DNA of 48,915 nucleotides from Acidobacteriota bacterium. GTDB lineage: Bacteria > Acidobacteriota > Terriglobia > Terriglobales > Acidobacteriaceae. The stretch's first letter is position 1. Each line of letters opens with the position of its first letter. Below the pieces are notes generated by a model that saw only the letters and a program-made list of their open reading frames with translations, searched no databases and was not told the DNA's origin. This document shows, piece after piece, positions 32,305 to 40,447 of this stretch. The position numbers and the translations under genes are program-made. The stretch lies in assembly GCA_019236695.1 (NCBI GenBank), contig JAFAIN010000154.1, positions 1 through 48,915 on the forward strand, read 5' to 3'.

Positions 32305-35016
32305 ATGTGCATGTTGGGTGAGCGGGCCAAATGTCTGTTGCTGAGAATGCGGGCACTCTGGAAGCGGCGCCAGCTCGACCGCGATCTGCGCGACGAAATG
32401 GCCTTCCATTTGGCTATGCGCGAGCAGAAGCTGCGCCCGGTTTTTGGCGACGAAGCACGCTATGCCGCCCGCCGAGCATTCGGCAACACGGCGGGAATCG
32501 AGGAGGAAACGCGGATGCTGTGGACCTTTCGATGGCTGGAGCAACTGGGGCAAGATCTGCGATATGCGGCGCGCTCTTTCCGCAAGAGCCCGGCGATGAC
32601 GGCGGTGGTGGTGCTCTCGCTGGCGCTGGGCATTGGGGCAAACACGGCAATCTTCAGCCTCATCGATGCCGTGTTGTTGCGCATGCTGCCGGTTGCGGCG
32701 CCGCAGGAGCTTCTTCAGGTGCAGAGGGAGGCGGGTCCGGGAGCCGGCTCGAACAGCTTTACGTACCCCCTCTGGGAAGCGATCCGCGACCGCCAGGATG
32801 TATTTTCTGTAGCCTTCGCCTGGAGCGCGGGACAATTCGACATGGCGGGCGGGGGGGCAGTACAGAATGTGGACCAAATCTGGATTACAGGCGACTATTT
32901 CTCCGCCCTGGGGGTAAACCCTGCCGCGGGGAGGCTGATTACGAACTCCGATGACCGGCGCGGCTGCGCGCCGGTTACGGTGCTGAGCTACGGGTTCTGG
33001 CAGTCACACTATGGCGGGTCGCCTGAAGTTCTGGGTAAATCCATTTCTCTGAATCATCAGTTGTTCCAGGTGATTGGAGTGAGCGCCCGGGGTTTCACCG
33101 GGGTTGATGTCGGTTCGAAGTTCGATGTCGCGGTTCCGGCATGCGCCAGCGCGGTGTTTGACCGCAAAACGTCGCGCCTGGAGGCCCGCTCGTGGTGGTG
33201 GCTGGCCGTAATAGGCCGCGCGAAGCCGGGCTTGACCCAGGAGCAGGTGAGAGCGCGGCTGGCGGTGCTTTCTCCAGCGATCATGAGCGCGGCCGTGCCG
33301 TCCAACTGGGATGAAAAGAGCCAGCAGAGGTTCCTGAAGACAAAGCTGATCACGGCGCCGGCCGGCAATGGGGTTTCCTATCTGCGGCGAAAGTTCACCG
33401 ACCCGCTGAATGTCCTGATGGCAATTGCCGGCATGGTTTTGCTGATTGCCTGCGCCAATGTGGCCAGCCTGATGCTCGCCAGGTCAACCGCCCGAAGCCG
33501 GGAGCTGGCGACCCGCAAGGCGGTAGGCGCGTCGCGGAGCCGTCTCGTTCGCCAGCTCTTGACGGAATCGCTGCTGCTTTCGTGCCTGGGCGCAATCCTG
33601 GGGCTGCTGTTTGCGCGCTGGGGAAGCCTGCTGCTGGTTGGGCGCCTCTCGACCTGGAGGAACAGCGTTTACCTTGACCTGCGGCCTGACAACCGCGTGC
33701 TGGGCTTTACTCTCGGAGTGGCGCTTCTGACCGGGATTCTGGTGGGATTGATGCCGGCGCTGCGCTCGACCAGGATTCCCCTGATGGCGGCAATGAAATC
33801 GGGCGCGCTCGGAGGCGAGCAGCGGCGACTGCGTTTCCGGGCGGGAAAATGGATTGTAGCCGCGCAGGTGTCGCTCTCGCTGGTGCTGCTCATCGGCGGC
33901 GGCCTTTTGTTGCGCAGTTTCACCAGGCTGCTGGCGCTCGATATTGGATTCGACAGAAGCAATGTACTGCTGGTGAGCACGGACCTGGCCACTGCACACA
34001 TCCCGGCCGAGCGGATGCCGCAGGTTTACGAGCAAATTGATTCACGATTGAAGGCGGTGCCCGGCGTGCTTTCGGTGGCGCGCTCTTTTACAACTCCGCT
34101 GAGCGGCCGCGGCTGGAACAACTTTGTTTCGGTCGATACACCGAATCCGCCGAAAGGCGAGCAGGCGCTGACATGGTTTAACTTCGTTTCCCCCGATTAT
34201 TTTGTGACCATGCGAACCGCGGTGGTAGCCGGCCGAAGCTTCGACGCTGGCGACACCAACAAATCGGCGCAGGTTGCCATCATCAACCAGACGATGGCAA
34301 AGCGGTTTTTCCCGGGCATGAATGCGCTGGGCAGGCAGTTACGCGTGCTCGGCGAAAAAGATGAGCCTGGGCCGCCCATACAGATTGTTGGCGTGGTGAA
34401 AGACGCAAAATATGACGAGGTGCGGGAGGAAATGTCAGCGACCGCATTTTTCCCGATTGACCAGATGCCGGAACGCGGTGTGCAAGAAAACTATGCGTTG
34501 CGCACAGCGCTCCCCCCGGCAGACGTAGTCACTGCAGTGCAGCGGGCAGTGGCCGGCGTGAATGGCGATATCCCGCTCGAGTTTCATACGCTGGCGCGGC
34601 AGGTGGAAGATGACCTAATTGAGGAGCGGTTGCTGGCGACGCTTTCCGCATTTTTTGGAGGGCTTGCGCTCCTGCTGGCGATGATCGGCCTTTACGGCGT
34701 GCTCAGCTACCTGGTGACGCAGCGGCGGGCCGAATTTGGGATCCGCACGGCATTGGGCGCGAAGCCGCTTTCCATCCTTCAACTCGTCATGCGAGATACG
34801 CTGGCGGTGGTGGGAGCCGGCATTATGGCGGGGCTGCTCATTTCATTCTGGGCGGTGAAGCTGTTGCAGAAGATGCTATTCAGCTTGACGGCCCACGACG
34901 CCTTCACCACCCTGGGGGCGGTGGGAATCCTCGCTGCCGTCGGCCTGGTTGCCGGATTCGTTCCCGCGCGGCGAGCCGCTCGTGTGGATCCCATGGTTGC
35001 GCTGCGCTGCGAGTAA
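32305..35016 (+). CDS. ADOP-family duplicated orphan ABC permease (two MacB/FtsX-type halves)
   Basis: 903-aa ORF. The N-terminal leader LWKRRQLDRDLRDEMAFHLAMRE, then LGQDLRYAARSFRKSPAMTAVVVLSLALGIGANTAIFSLIDAVLL, is the typical ADOP start. A second FtsX half lies at the C-terminus (AFFGGLALLLAMIGLYGVLSYLVTQRRAEFGIRTALGA). No adjacent ATPase. An in-frame ATG also occurs at 32347. Confidence 0.9.
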   Translation: MCMLGERAKCLLLRMRALWKRRQLDRDLRDEMAFHLAMREQKLRPVFGDEARYAARRAFGNTAGIEEETRMLWTFRWLEQLGQDLRYAARSFRKSPAMTAVVVLSLALGIGANTAIFSLIDAVLLRMLPVAAPQELLQVQREAGPGAGSNSFTYPLWEAIRDRQDVFSVAFAWSAGQFDMAGGGAVQNVDQIWITGDYFSALGVNPAAGRLITNSDDRRGCAPVTVLSYGFWQSHYGGSPEVLGKSISLNHQLFQVIGVSARGFTGVDVGSKFDVAVPACASAVFDRKTSRLEARSWWWLAVIGRAKPGLTQEQVRARLAVLSPAIMSAAVPSNWDEKSQQRFLKTKLITAPAGNGVSYLRRKFTDPLNVLMAIAGMVLLIACANVASLMLARSTARSRELATRKAVGASRSRLVRQLLTESLLLSCLGAILGLLFARWGSLLLVGRLSTWRNSVYLDLRPDNRVLGFTLGVALLTGILVGLMPALRSTRIPLMAAMKSGALGGEQRRLRFRAGKWIVAAQVSLSLVLLIGGGLLLRSFTRLLALDIGFDRSNVLLVSTDLATAHIPAERMPQVYEQIDSRLKAVPGVLSVARSFTTPLSGRGWNNFVSVDTPNPPKGEQALTWFNFVSPDYFVTMRTAVVAGRSFDAGDTNKSAQVAIINQTMAKRFFPGMNALGRQLRVLGEKDEPGPPIQIVGVVKDAKYDEVREEMSATAFFPIDQMPERGVQENYALRTALPPADVVTAVQRAVAGVNGDIPLEFHTLARQVEDDLIEERLLATLSAFFGGLALLLAMIGLYGVLSYLVTQRRAEFGIRTALGAKPLSILQLVMRDTLAVVGAGIMAGLLISFWAVKLLQKMLFSLTAHDAFTTLGAVGILAAVGLVAGFVPARRAARVDPMVALRCE

Positions 35017-35042
35017 GCACCAGGGAAAATGGTTGACTTACG

Positions 35043-35073
35043 TTCACAGCAGGAGACACGGAGAACGCGCGTT
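35043..35073. repeat. CACGGAG-family repeat arm followed by the 12-bp palindrome GAACGCGCGTTC
   Basis: ttcacagcaggagacacggagaa (35043-35065) and gaacgcgcgttc (35062-35073), between the convergent stops at 35016 (+) and 35073 (-). Confidence 0.6.
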
Positions 35074-36815
35074 CAGAGTGACTCTTGCGGTGGGTGTGCC
35101 CGCTTGGGCAGCTCGATTCGGAAGGTCGTGCCCCGGCCGGGGTTGCTTTGCACGGTGATGCTGCCGCCATGATCGCTCACCACCGACTGCACGATGGCGA
35201 GGCCGAGGCCGGTTCCGTGCAGCTTGCTGGTGTAGTACGGGGTGAAGAGGCGGCTGCATTCTTCGGGCGTCATGCCGGCTCCGGTATCGCTTACCTCAAT
35301 GGTGACGGCTGATTCGCCGCAATGAGTGCGCAACCGGAGGGCGCCGCCCTGGGGCATGGCGTCAATAGCGTTGAGCAGCAGGTTGGAGAGGGCGCGGTGC
35401 AGCAGCGCAGGGTCAGCTTCCGCCATGGGCTGCGCAGGATCGAGTTGCAGTTCCACCGCAATGGGCTCGCCGGCGGCGCGAAGCTGGGCTCCGTGGGTTT
35501 TCACCGCCTGCCGCACAATTTCGTTGATGGCTGCAGGCTCGAGTTGAGGCCTGGGCATCTTCGAGAAATCGCTGAAGCGGCCGACGATGGTGCGCAGGTT
35601 CTGCAGTTCGGCCAGCAGCGTGGCGGTGCTCTCTCGGAAAATTTCGTCGAACTGGCCGGGATGCGATTCGCGGGCGCGCACCATGTTCTCCACCGTAATC
35701 TGCAGCGGAAACAGCGGGTTCTTGAGCTCATGGGCAAGGCGGCGCGCCAGCTCGCGCCACGCCGCCACACGCTCGGCCTGAACCAGCCGCTCACGCTGGC
35801 CGAGGAGCTCGGCGGTCATATGGTTGAAGGCGCGAGCGAGCTGCCCGAGTTCGTCACTCGAGCCCGCGTCGACTCGCGCCCCGAGGTCGCCTTCGGCCAC
35901 GCGAGCCGCACCCGCCGCAAGCTGTTCCACCGGTCGCGTTACGCGCGCGGCAATCCAGCCGCTTGTCAGTACGGAGAGCACGATTCCAAGCCCCCCCACG
36001 AGCAGCGCGACGGACAAAATGTGCTGCTCCATTCGCGCCAGCTCCTGCCGTGAAGTGGAAATGGCAAGCACAGCCAGCACTTCGCCCGTGGCCGCCTTCA
36101 GCGGCACAACGTGCAGCGCGCGATTCCGCTCGATCGCTTCCGCATCATCGCCGCTGCGAGCCGCCTGCACTGCGAGGTTCTCGAGCGGCGTAGCCGTCCC
36201 GCCCGGCGCCAGCTCCTGCGGGCCGATAACGAGCTGCGCCTGGGTATCGGCCGGAATCGCCAGCCCGGCAATGAACTGCGGGTCGAGCCGCACGCCGCCT
36301 ACTACATACACGGGTTGGTCGCCTGCCGCAGCGCTGCGGACGGCGAAGATGCCCAGCTCCGATGCATTCGGCAGGTTTTGGCGGCGCAGCGAGGCCCCGG
36401 AGGCGGTGAGGCGGGAAAGAAGCGGCGCCCACTCATCGCGATATCCAAATCGCGCCGGGAACTCCGCGGAGGAGAGAATCGCACCGTCGCGCGAGAGCAG
36501 CTCGAGGAAGTCAAGGCGGTGAACGGGCGCGAGCAGCGCGGCTTCGCCGAGGTAGGCGCCGGTGCGGGCGCGCGCTTCGTCCAGCGCCATGCGGCGCACC
36601 GCTTCCGAGCGGGCGACGGACGTAACCCGGCTGACCACGTCATCGCCGGCACGGGCGAACTCCCGCTCGAACTGCAGCGCAATGGAAGCACTGCGCGCGT
36701 GTTCCTGCCGCTCGAACCCCGCACGGGCGATGGCAACCATGGCGATGGAGATGGCAAGGGTACTGAGCACCGTAGCGGCGGCGAGCACGACAAGCAACTT
36801 GTTGCGAAAGCTCAC
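35073..36815 (-). CDS. Sensor histidine kinase (2 TM + periplasmic domain + HAMP + HisKA + HATPase_c), NtrB/AtoS-like
   Basis: 580-aa ORF. TM1 LLVVLAAATVLSTLAISIAMVAIA and TM2 ILSVALLVGGLGIVLSVLTSGWIAA. HAMP region (RPVEQLAAGAARVAEGDLGARV). H-box LAHELKNPLFPL, N-box LLLNAIDAM, G-boxes VSDTGAGM and GTGLGLAIV. Confidence 0.9.
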   Translation of the reverse strand: MSFRNKLLVVLAAATVLSTLAISIAMVAIARAGFERQEHARSASIALQFEREFARAGDDVVSRVTSVARSEAVRRMALDEARARTGAYLGEAALLAPVHRLDFLELLSRDGAILSSAEFPARFGYRDEWAPLLSRLTASGASLRRQNLPNASELGIFAVRSAAAGDQPVYVVGGVRLDPQFIAGLAIPADTQAQLVIGPQELAPGGTATPLENLAVQAARSGDDAEAIERNRALHVVPLKAATGEVLAVLAISTSRQELARMEQHILSVALLVGGLGIVLSVLTSGWIAARVTRPVEQLAAGAARVAEGDLGARVDAGSSDELGQLARAFNHMTAELLGQRERLVQAERVAAWRELARRLAHELKNPLFPLQITVENMVRARESHPGQFDEIFRESTATLLAELQNLRTIVGRFSDFSKMPRPQLEPAAINEIVRQAVKTHGAQLRAAGEPIAVELQLDPAQPMAEADPALLHRALSNLLLNAIDAMPQGGALRLRTHCGESAVTIEVSDTGAGMTPEECSRLFTPYYTSKLHGTGLGLAIVQSVVSDHGGSITVQSNPGRGTTFRIELPKRAHPPQESL

Positions 36816-36833
36816 GTCAGGCGCTCCGACCGT

Positions 36834-38276
36834 TCATTTCACAGAGTCCTCGAGCCATACTTCGTCGAGGCGCCAGCGGCCGTCGCGCCGTGCCGCCCAG
36901 TCGTGCACCCGCGGGCTCAGCGCCCAGGCTGCGCCGGCGTGCACAATCGGCACAATCCAGGTGCCGGCCAGCATGCTCCGCTCAGCCTGCCAGGCAGCGG
37001 TCAGTGACGCATCCTGAAATTGCGGCCGCGGCCGGCGAAGCAACTCCGCCGCAGTCACCAGGGCCGCGCCGGGATCCGCCGAGCCCAAAGGAACCGCGGT
37101 TATAGCAGCGTCAGCGCGGCGCAAGTCGGCTGTGAGTTGCACGTCAAAACCTGCGTCGCGGGCATTCAGCACGATGCGTTCGGCTACCAGGCGAAGTTGA
37201 GCATCGCCCGACGCCGCAACCGCAACCGTTATGGGCGCGCCGGCGCGTGCCTCGGCGCGAAGTTGCCGGGCACGAGCTTCATCGTTTGCACCGCGGAAAA
37301 GGAATTCGTAACCGGAGATCCAGTTCGGCAAGACCCCCCAGGCAGGCTCGGCGGCGCCCTGCAGCAGGATTCCGGCAATGGTGGCGCGATCAGCGGCCAA
37401 CGAGAAAGCCTGCCGGACACGCTCATCGGCCACCGCTGCGGAATTCTCCGAGAACACGAGCGCAACGAGTTTCGCAGGGGCCGAAGCGCTGACGCGCACT
37501 CCTGAGATGGGCTGCCCCGGCGATGCTTCCACCACGTCAGCGCGGCCAAGCTGCAGCGCCAACTGCTGGTCCCGAAGATCCTGGTGCATGGTGATCTCGA
37601 TGGTGTCGAGGTATGGCCGGCCTGCCCAGCAACCCTCGAATGCAGTGAAGACTGCCCGGCTGCCCGGCTGCCACGAACTGAGGCGAAATGGCCCGGTACC
37701 CTCGAGCGCTCCCGCACTCGAGCGATGCGAGATGGCAGCCGAAGGCGATGCCATTTGCGCGGCGAGTTCCGGGTGGGGAGCATCGCATTCCACAACCACC
37801 GACTCGCCCGCCCCGCCCGACTCCAGCAACCCGGGCTGTTCGGAAAGCGGCCGCGGCTCGAATAACGACGCCCGGCAACCGGGAACCACCGCGGTCAGCG
37901 AGGCTGCCGCAGCGGCGGCGGTTAGGGGCTCGCCGCTATGAAACTTTACTCCCGGGCGCAGGCGGAACTGCCACCGGCGGAACCCGGCATCGCTTGACCA
38001 GGAGAGCGCCAGCCCGGGCTCGAGGCCGCCATTGTCATCGGCCATGACCAGCGTGTCGAATACCAGCGAAGCAAGGCTTCCGGCGTTTCCGGCAGTGAAT
38101 TCGGCGCCTGCTCCGGTGAGGGAAAAACTTCCCGCCTGCCCCGCATCGGGGGCGGCGCCAAGGAACACGCGCAGTGTGCCGCCGTAATGGGGCCGCGTGG
38201 CTGCTCCGGCCCAGCCGGCCAGCAGCAAAGCCGCTGCGCTACTCGTGGCAAGCAGCCGTAATGCTGTAGGCTTCAT
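36834..38276 (-). CDS. ABC-type substrate-binding protein, family 5 (peptide/nickel SBP fold), encoded directly upstream of the kinase
   Basis: 480-aa ORF. Signal peptide MKPTALRLLATSSAAALLLAGWAGA. Family-5 pattern YGGTLRV...FDTLVMADDNGGLEPGLALSWSSDAGFRRWQFRLRPGVKFHSGEPLTAAA. Its stop is 18 nt from the kinase start. Confidence 0.8.
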   Translation of the reverse strand: MKPTALRLLATSSAAALLLAGWAGAATRPHYGGTLRVFLGAAPDAGQAGSFSLTGAGAEFTAGNAGSLASLVFDTLVMADDNGGLEPGLALSWSSDAGFRRWQFRLRPGVKFHSGEPLTAAAAAASLTAVVPGCRASLFEPRPLSEQPGLLESGGAGESVVVECDAPHPELAAQMASPSAAISHRSSAGALEGTGPFRLSSWQPGSRAVFTAFEGCWAGRPYLDTIEITMHQDLRDQQLALQLGRADVVEASPGQPISGVRVSASAPAKLVALVFSENSAAVADERVRQAFSLAADRATIAGILLQGAAEPAWGVLPNWISGYEFLFRGANDEARARQLRAEARAGAPITVAVAASGDAQLRLVAERIVLNARDAGFDVQLTADLRRADAAITAVPLGSADPGAALVTAAELLRRPRPQFQDASLTAAWQAERSMLAGTWIVPIVHAGAAWALSPRVHDWAARRDGRWRLDEVWLEDSVK

Positions 38277-39417
38277 AATTTCCTGTCTGGAGATTGCGTG
38301 CCACCGCGGTCACCGAGTTCCGGTCAGGCGCGCTCCACAGTTCGACCACCGGCCCGGAAAACTCTACGGGATCGGAAACGGGCTCCCTGGCTTCGCTGTA
38401 GGCACGAAGGGCGTCAGGCCGGCCGTAATCTTCCGCGCCTCCCGCGAGGATGAGATCGGCGCCGCAGGCACGCAGCGCCTGGATGCCGCTTCCCCAGGGG
38501 TGCGCACCGGCACAGGACGAAGAGCCTTCTGCGGGGCACTCGCCTCGCTTGACGGCCGCGAAGACCCACTGCGAGCGCTCGCCAAAGACCGCCGCAGAAT
38601 AGAAGGGCGCAACTCTCTCTCCCGGCACAAGTACACCGGTAAAGAAATTCCGTGCGGCATTGTAGAACGCGCTCACTGCACCGCTCCCGGAGGTCAAAGC
38701 CCAGGGATCGTCGGAATCGCGGCAAGTCACGGTGAGTGGCGCAAGCGAAGCCGAGCTGCACACGGTTCCGGGCAGGTATGCCTCCAGGCCATCCGGGCGA
38801 ATTGCCAGGCGGCCGCGGAGATCACGCGGCATGGAATGGTGAGGCGTGACTTCAGCGGAAGCGATGGACTCCCATCCCGAAGGCTGGCGGCCGTAGGTTG
38901 TAATCCGGTCCTGATCTAGCACTACCAGCGTCTGCGGGTTGAGCATTTGAGCATCGAGCACCGGCAGCTCCTGGCGCACCAGCAAGGCCTTTTGCAGCAG
39001 CAACACGGTGGTCGCGGCGCTGTTCGAAACCGGCTTTCGCGGCGCTGTGAGCAGCGCCACCTGGACTTCTCCTTTTGCATCCGCAGTCTCAGCCGCAAAC
39101 ACCGTTTCGCGCGCGTTCTCCGAAATGGTGACTCTTACGTCATAGGCCGCGCCGGCCCGAGTGCTTGGGCGCGCGCCGGCAAGCCGCAACTGTTCCATGA
39201 GTGCGTTGGAAAAATCGGCCAGGGCTTGCGGTGAAACCCGGGCCAGGTTCTCGAACGTGAGGCTCACCGGGCTCTGGCCTGTGATTCCAACTACTCTGCG
39301 CGTCAGTTGCTGCGCAACGCCGGCCCACTCGGGCGGCGCCTGCTGGGCACTACCGGCGGGCAGCATCGCAGCGAACAGAAACATGGCCGCTATTTTGTGC
39401 ATGAGAACCGGGCGCAT
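38239..39417 (-). CDS. Secreted protein of unknown function, first gene of the SBP-kinase operon
   Basis: 392-aa ORF. Signal peptide MHKIAAMFLFAAMLPAGSAQQ. Consistent coding bias. Its 3' end overlaps the SBP gene start by 38 nt. No family recognised by eye. Confidence 0.6.
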   Translation of the reverse strand: MRPVLMHKIAAMFLFAAMLPAGSAQQAPPEWAGVAQQLTRRVVGITGQSPVSLTFENLARVSPQALADFSNALMEQLRLAGARPSTRAGAAYDVRVTISENARETVFAAETADAKGEVQVALLTAPRKPVSNSAATTVLLLQKALLVRQELPVLDAQMLNPQTLVVLDQDRITTYGRQPSGWESIASAEVTPHHSMPRDLRGRLAIRPDGLEAYLPGTVCSSASLAPLTVTCRDSDDPWALTSGSGAVSAFYNAARNFFTGVLVPGERVAPFYSAAVFGERSQWVFAAVKRGECPAEGSSSCAGAHPWGSGIQALRACGADLILAGGAEDYGRPDALRAYSEAREPVSDPVEFSGPVVELWSAPDRNSVTAVARNLQTGNYEAYSITAACHE

Positions 39418-39541
39418 TATAGCTTTTGCCGAAGAACAATCGAAAAACTGCTCCGACGATCAACTCCTCGATCAGCAGCGCCAGCGAGAGGGAAAACACC
39501 AGGCCTGCTGCGGCTATCGTAAGCGCCATCATGCTTGTCAT
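39350..39541 (-). CDS. Possible small single-pass membrane protein (64 aa)
   Basis: ATG 39541 is preceded by GAGGAG at 6 nt. It encodes MTSMMALTIAAAGLVFSLSLALLIEELIVGAVFRLFF. However, its last 68 nt overlap the start of the 38239-39417 gene in another frame, and the tail looks non-protein-like. Confidence 0.25.
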   Translation of the reverse strand: MTSMMALTIAAAGLVFSLSLALLIEELIVGAVFRLFFGKSYNAPGSHAQNSGHVSVRCDAARR

Positions 39542-39621
39542 CGTGTGCTCCTCATACGTGCTGAATGGCTGAGTGGCTTGGTGGCTGTTTCGAACATTGG
39601 CGCCGCGCTCCATCACCGGTT

Positions 39622-40215
39622 TCAGTTGCCTGCCGGAGCTTGTGCCGTTCCGGCATCAGCCGCCAGCACGGCTGCGCCGCCGAACACCTGCGCCACCTGC
39701 GCATCGCGCTCTCCGCGAATCATCACTACATCGCCCGTGCGAACCATGGTGAACAACTGCTCGAGGTCGGACTTCGCCATGCGAATGCACCCGTGCGAGG
39801 CCGCCTTGCCGATGGAACGCGGCGCGTTCGTTCCGTGAATCCCAAATCCTTTTTTGCTGAGGCCGATCCAGCGCGTTCCCAGCGGGTTTTGCGGACCCGG
39901 TGGAACGACCTGGCCGGGATGGTAGTAGGTGGGGTCAACCAGCCGGCTCACAACCCTGAACTCGCCGGTGGGGCTCGGGGTGCTTTCGGTTCCAACCGCC
40001 ACGGGAAAAGTGCGAACCACCCTGCCTGAATCGATCAAGGCCAGCCGGCGATCCGGAATGCTGACCAGCACGACAACGTTGCGCCCGGCGCTCGATTCCG
40101 TTACCGCGTTTTCCTTCGGTTGCGCCTCTGCCGCTTCTATTGCGATCAGCACCGCAACCAAGGCCAGCGCTGCCCGGTTGCCCGCCGCTTCGAGTGCTCG
40201 CCTCATCCTCTCCAC
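39622..40215 (-). CDS. L,D-transpeptidase (YkuD domain)
   Basis: 197-aa ORF. Signal/anchor AALALVAVLIAIEAAEA. YkuD pattern RRLALIDSGRVVRTFPVAVGTESTPSPTGEF...GTRWIGLSKKGFGIHGTNAPRSIGKAASHGCIRMAKSDLEQLF, with catalytic SHGCIRM. Confidence 0.85.
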   Translation of the reverse strand: MERMRRALEAAGNRAALALVAVLIAIEAAEAQPKENAVTESSAGRNVVVLVSIPDRRLALIDSGRVVRTFPVAVGTESTPSPTGEFRVVSRLVDPTYYHPGQVVPPGPQNPLGTRWIGLSKKGFGIHGTNAPRSIGKAASHGCIRMAKSDLEQLFTMVRTGDVVMIRGERDAQVAQVFGGAAVLAADAGTAQAPAGN

Positions 40216-40447
40216 AGCTCACCTCCGCTCACAATGACGAGTTGCAGGCAAAAGACCAGGAGACAGCCATTCAAAAGAAAAGAGTTGGATGGGGGTGGTG
40301 TGACAAGAACGTTTTCAGCGTGTCAATGGCGACACGGTGCCCGCTTCAAAGCTGAGAAAGCAGTGGCGCCTGTTCCAGCCGGGGGGGCCGGACCCGTCTC
40401 CAGCAATGTTCCGCAGTCCGGCACTTTCCAATTGCCTCGTGCATCCA

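Noticed and set aside
40415-40431. Sigma-54-like GGCAC...TTGC upstream of the GH57 gene. Weaker candidates occur at 31596-31615 (TGGCACCCAGGCGTTCC, minus strand, next to the regulator start), 17020-17040 and 3815-3830.
   Set aside because: Spacing or key bases are wrong. At 40415 the arrangement is GG-N12-GC instead of GG-N10-GC. The others lack the GC of the -12 element or lie within a few nt of the start codon. No acceptable -24/-12 promoter was found by eye.
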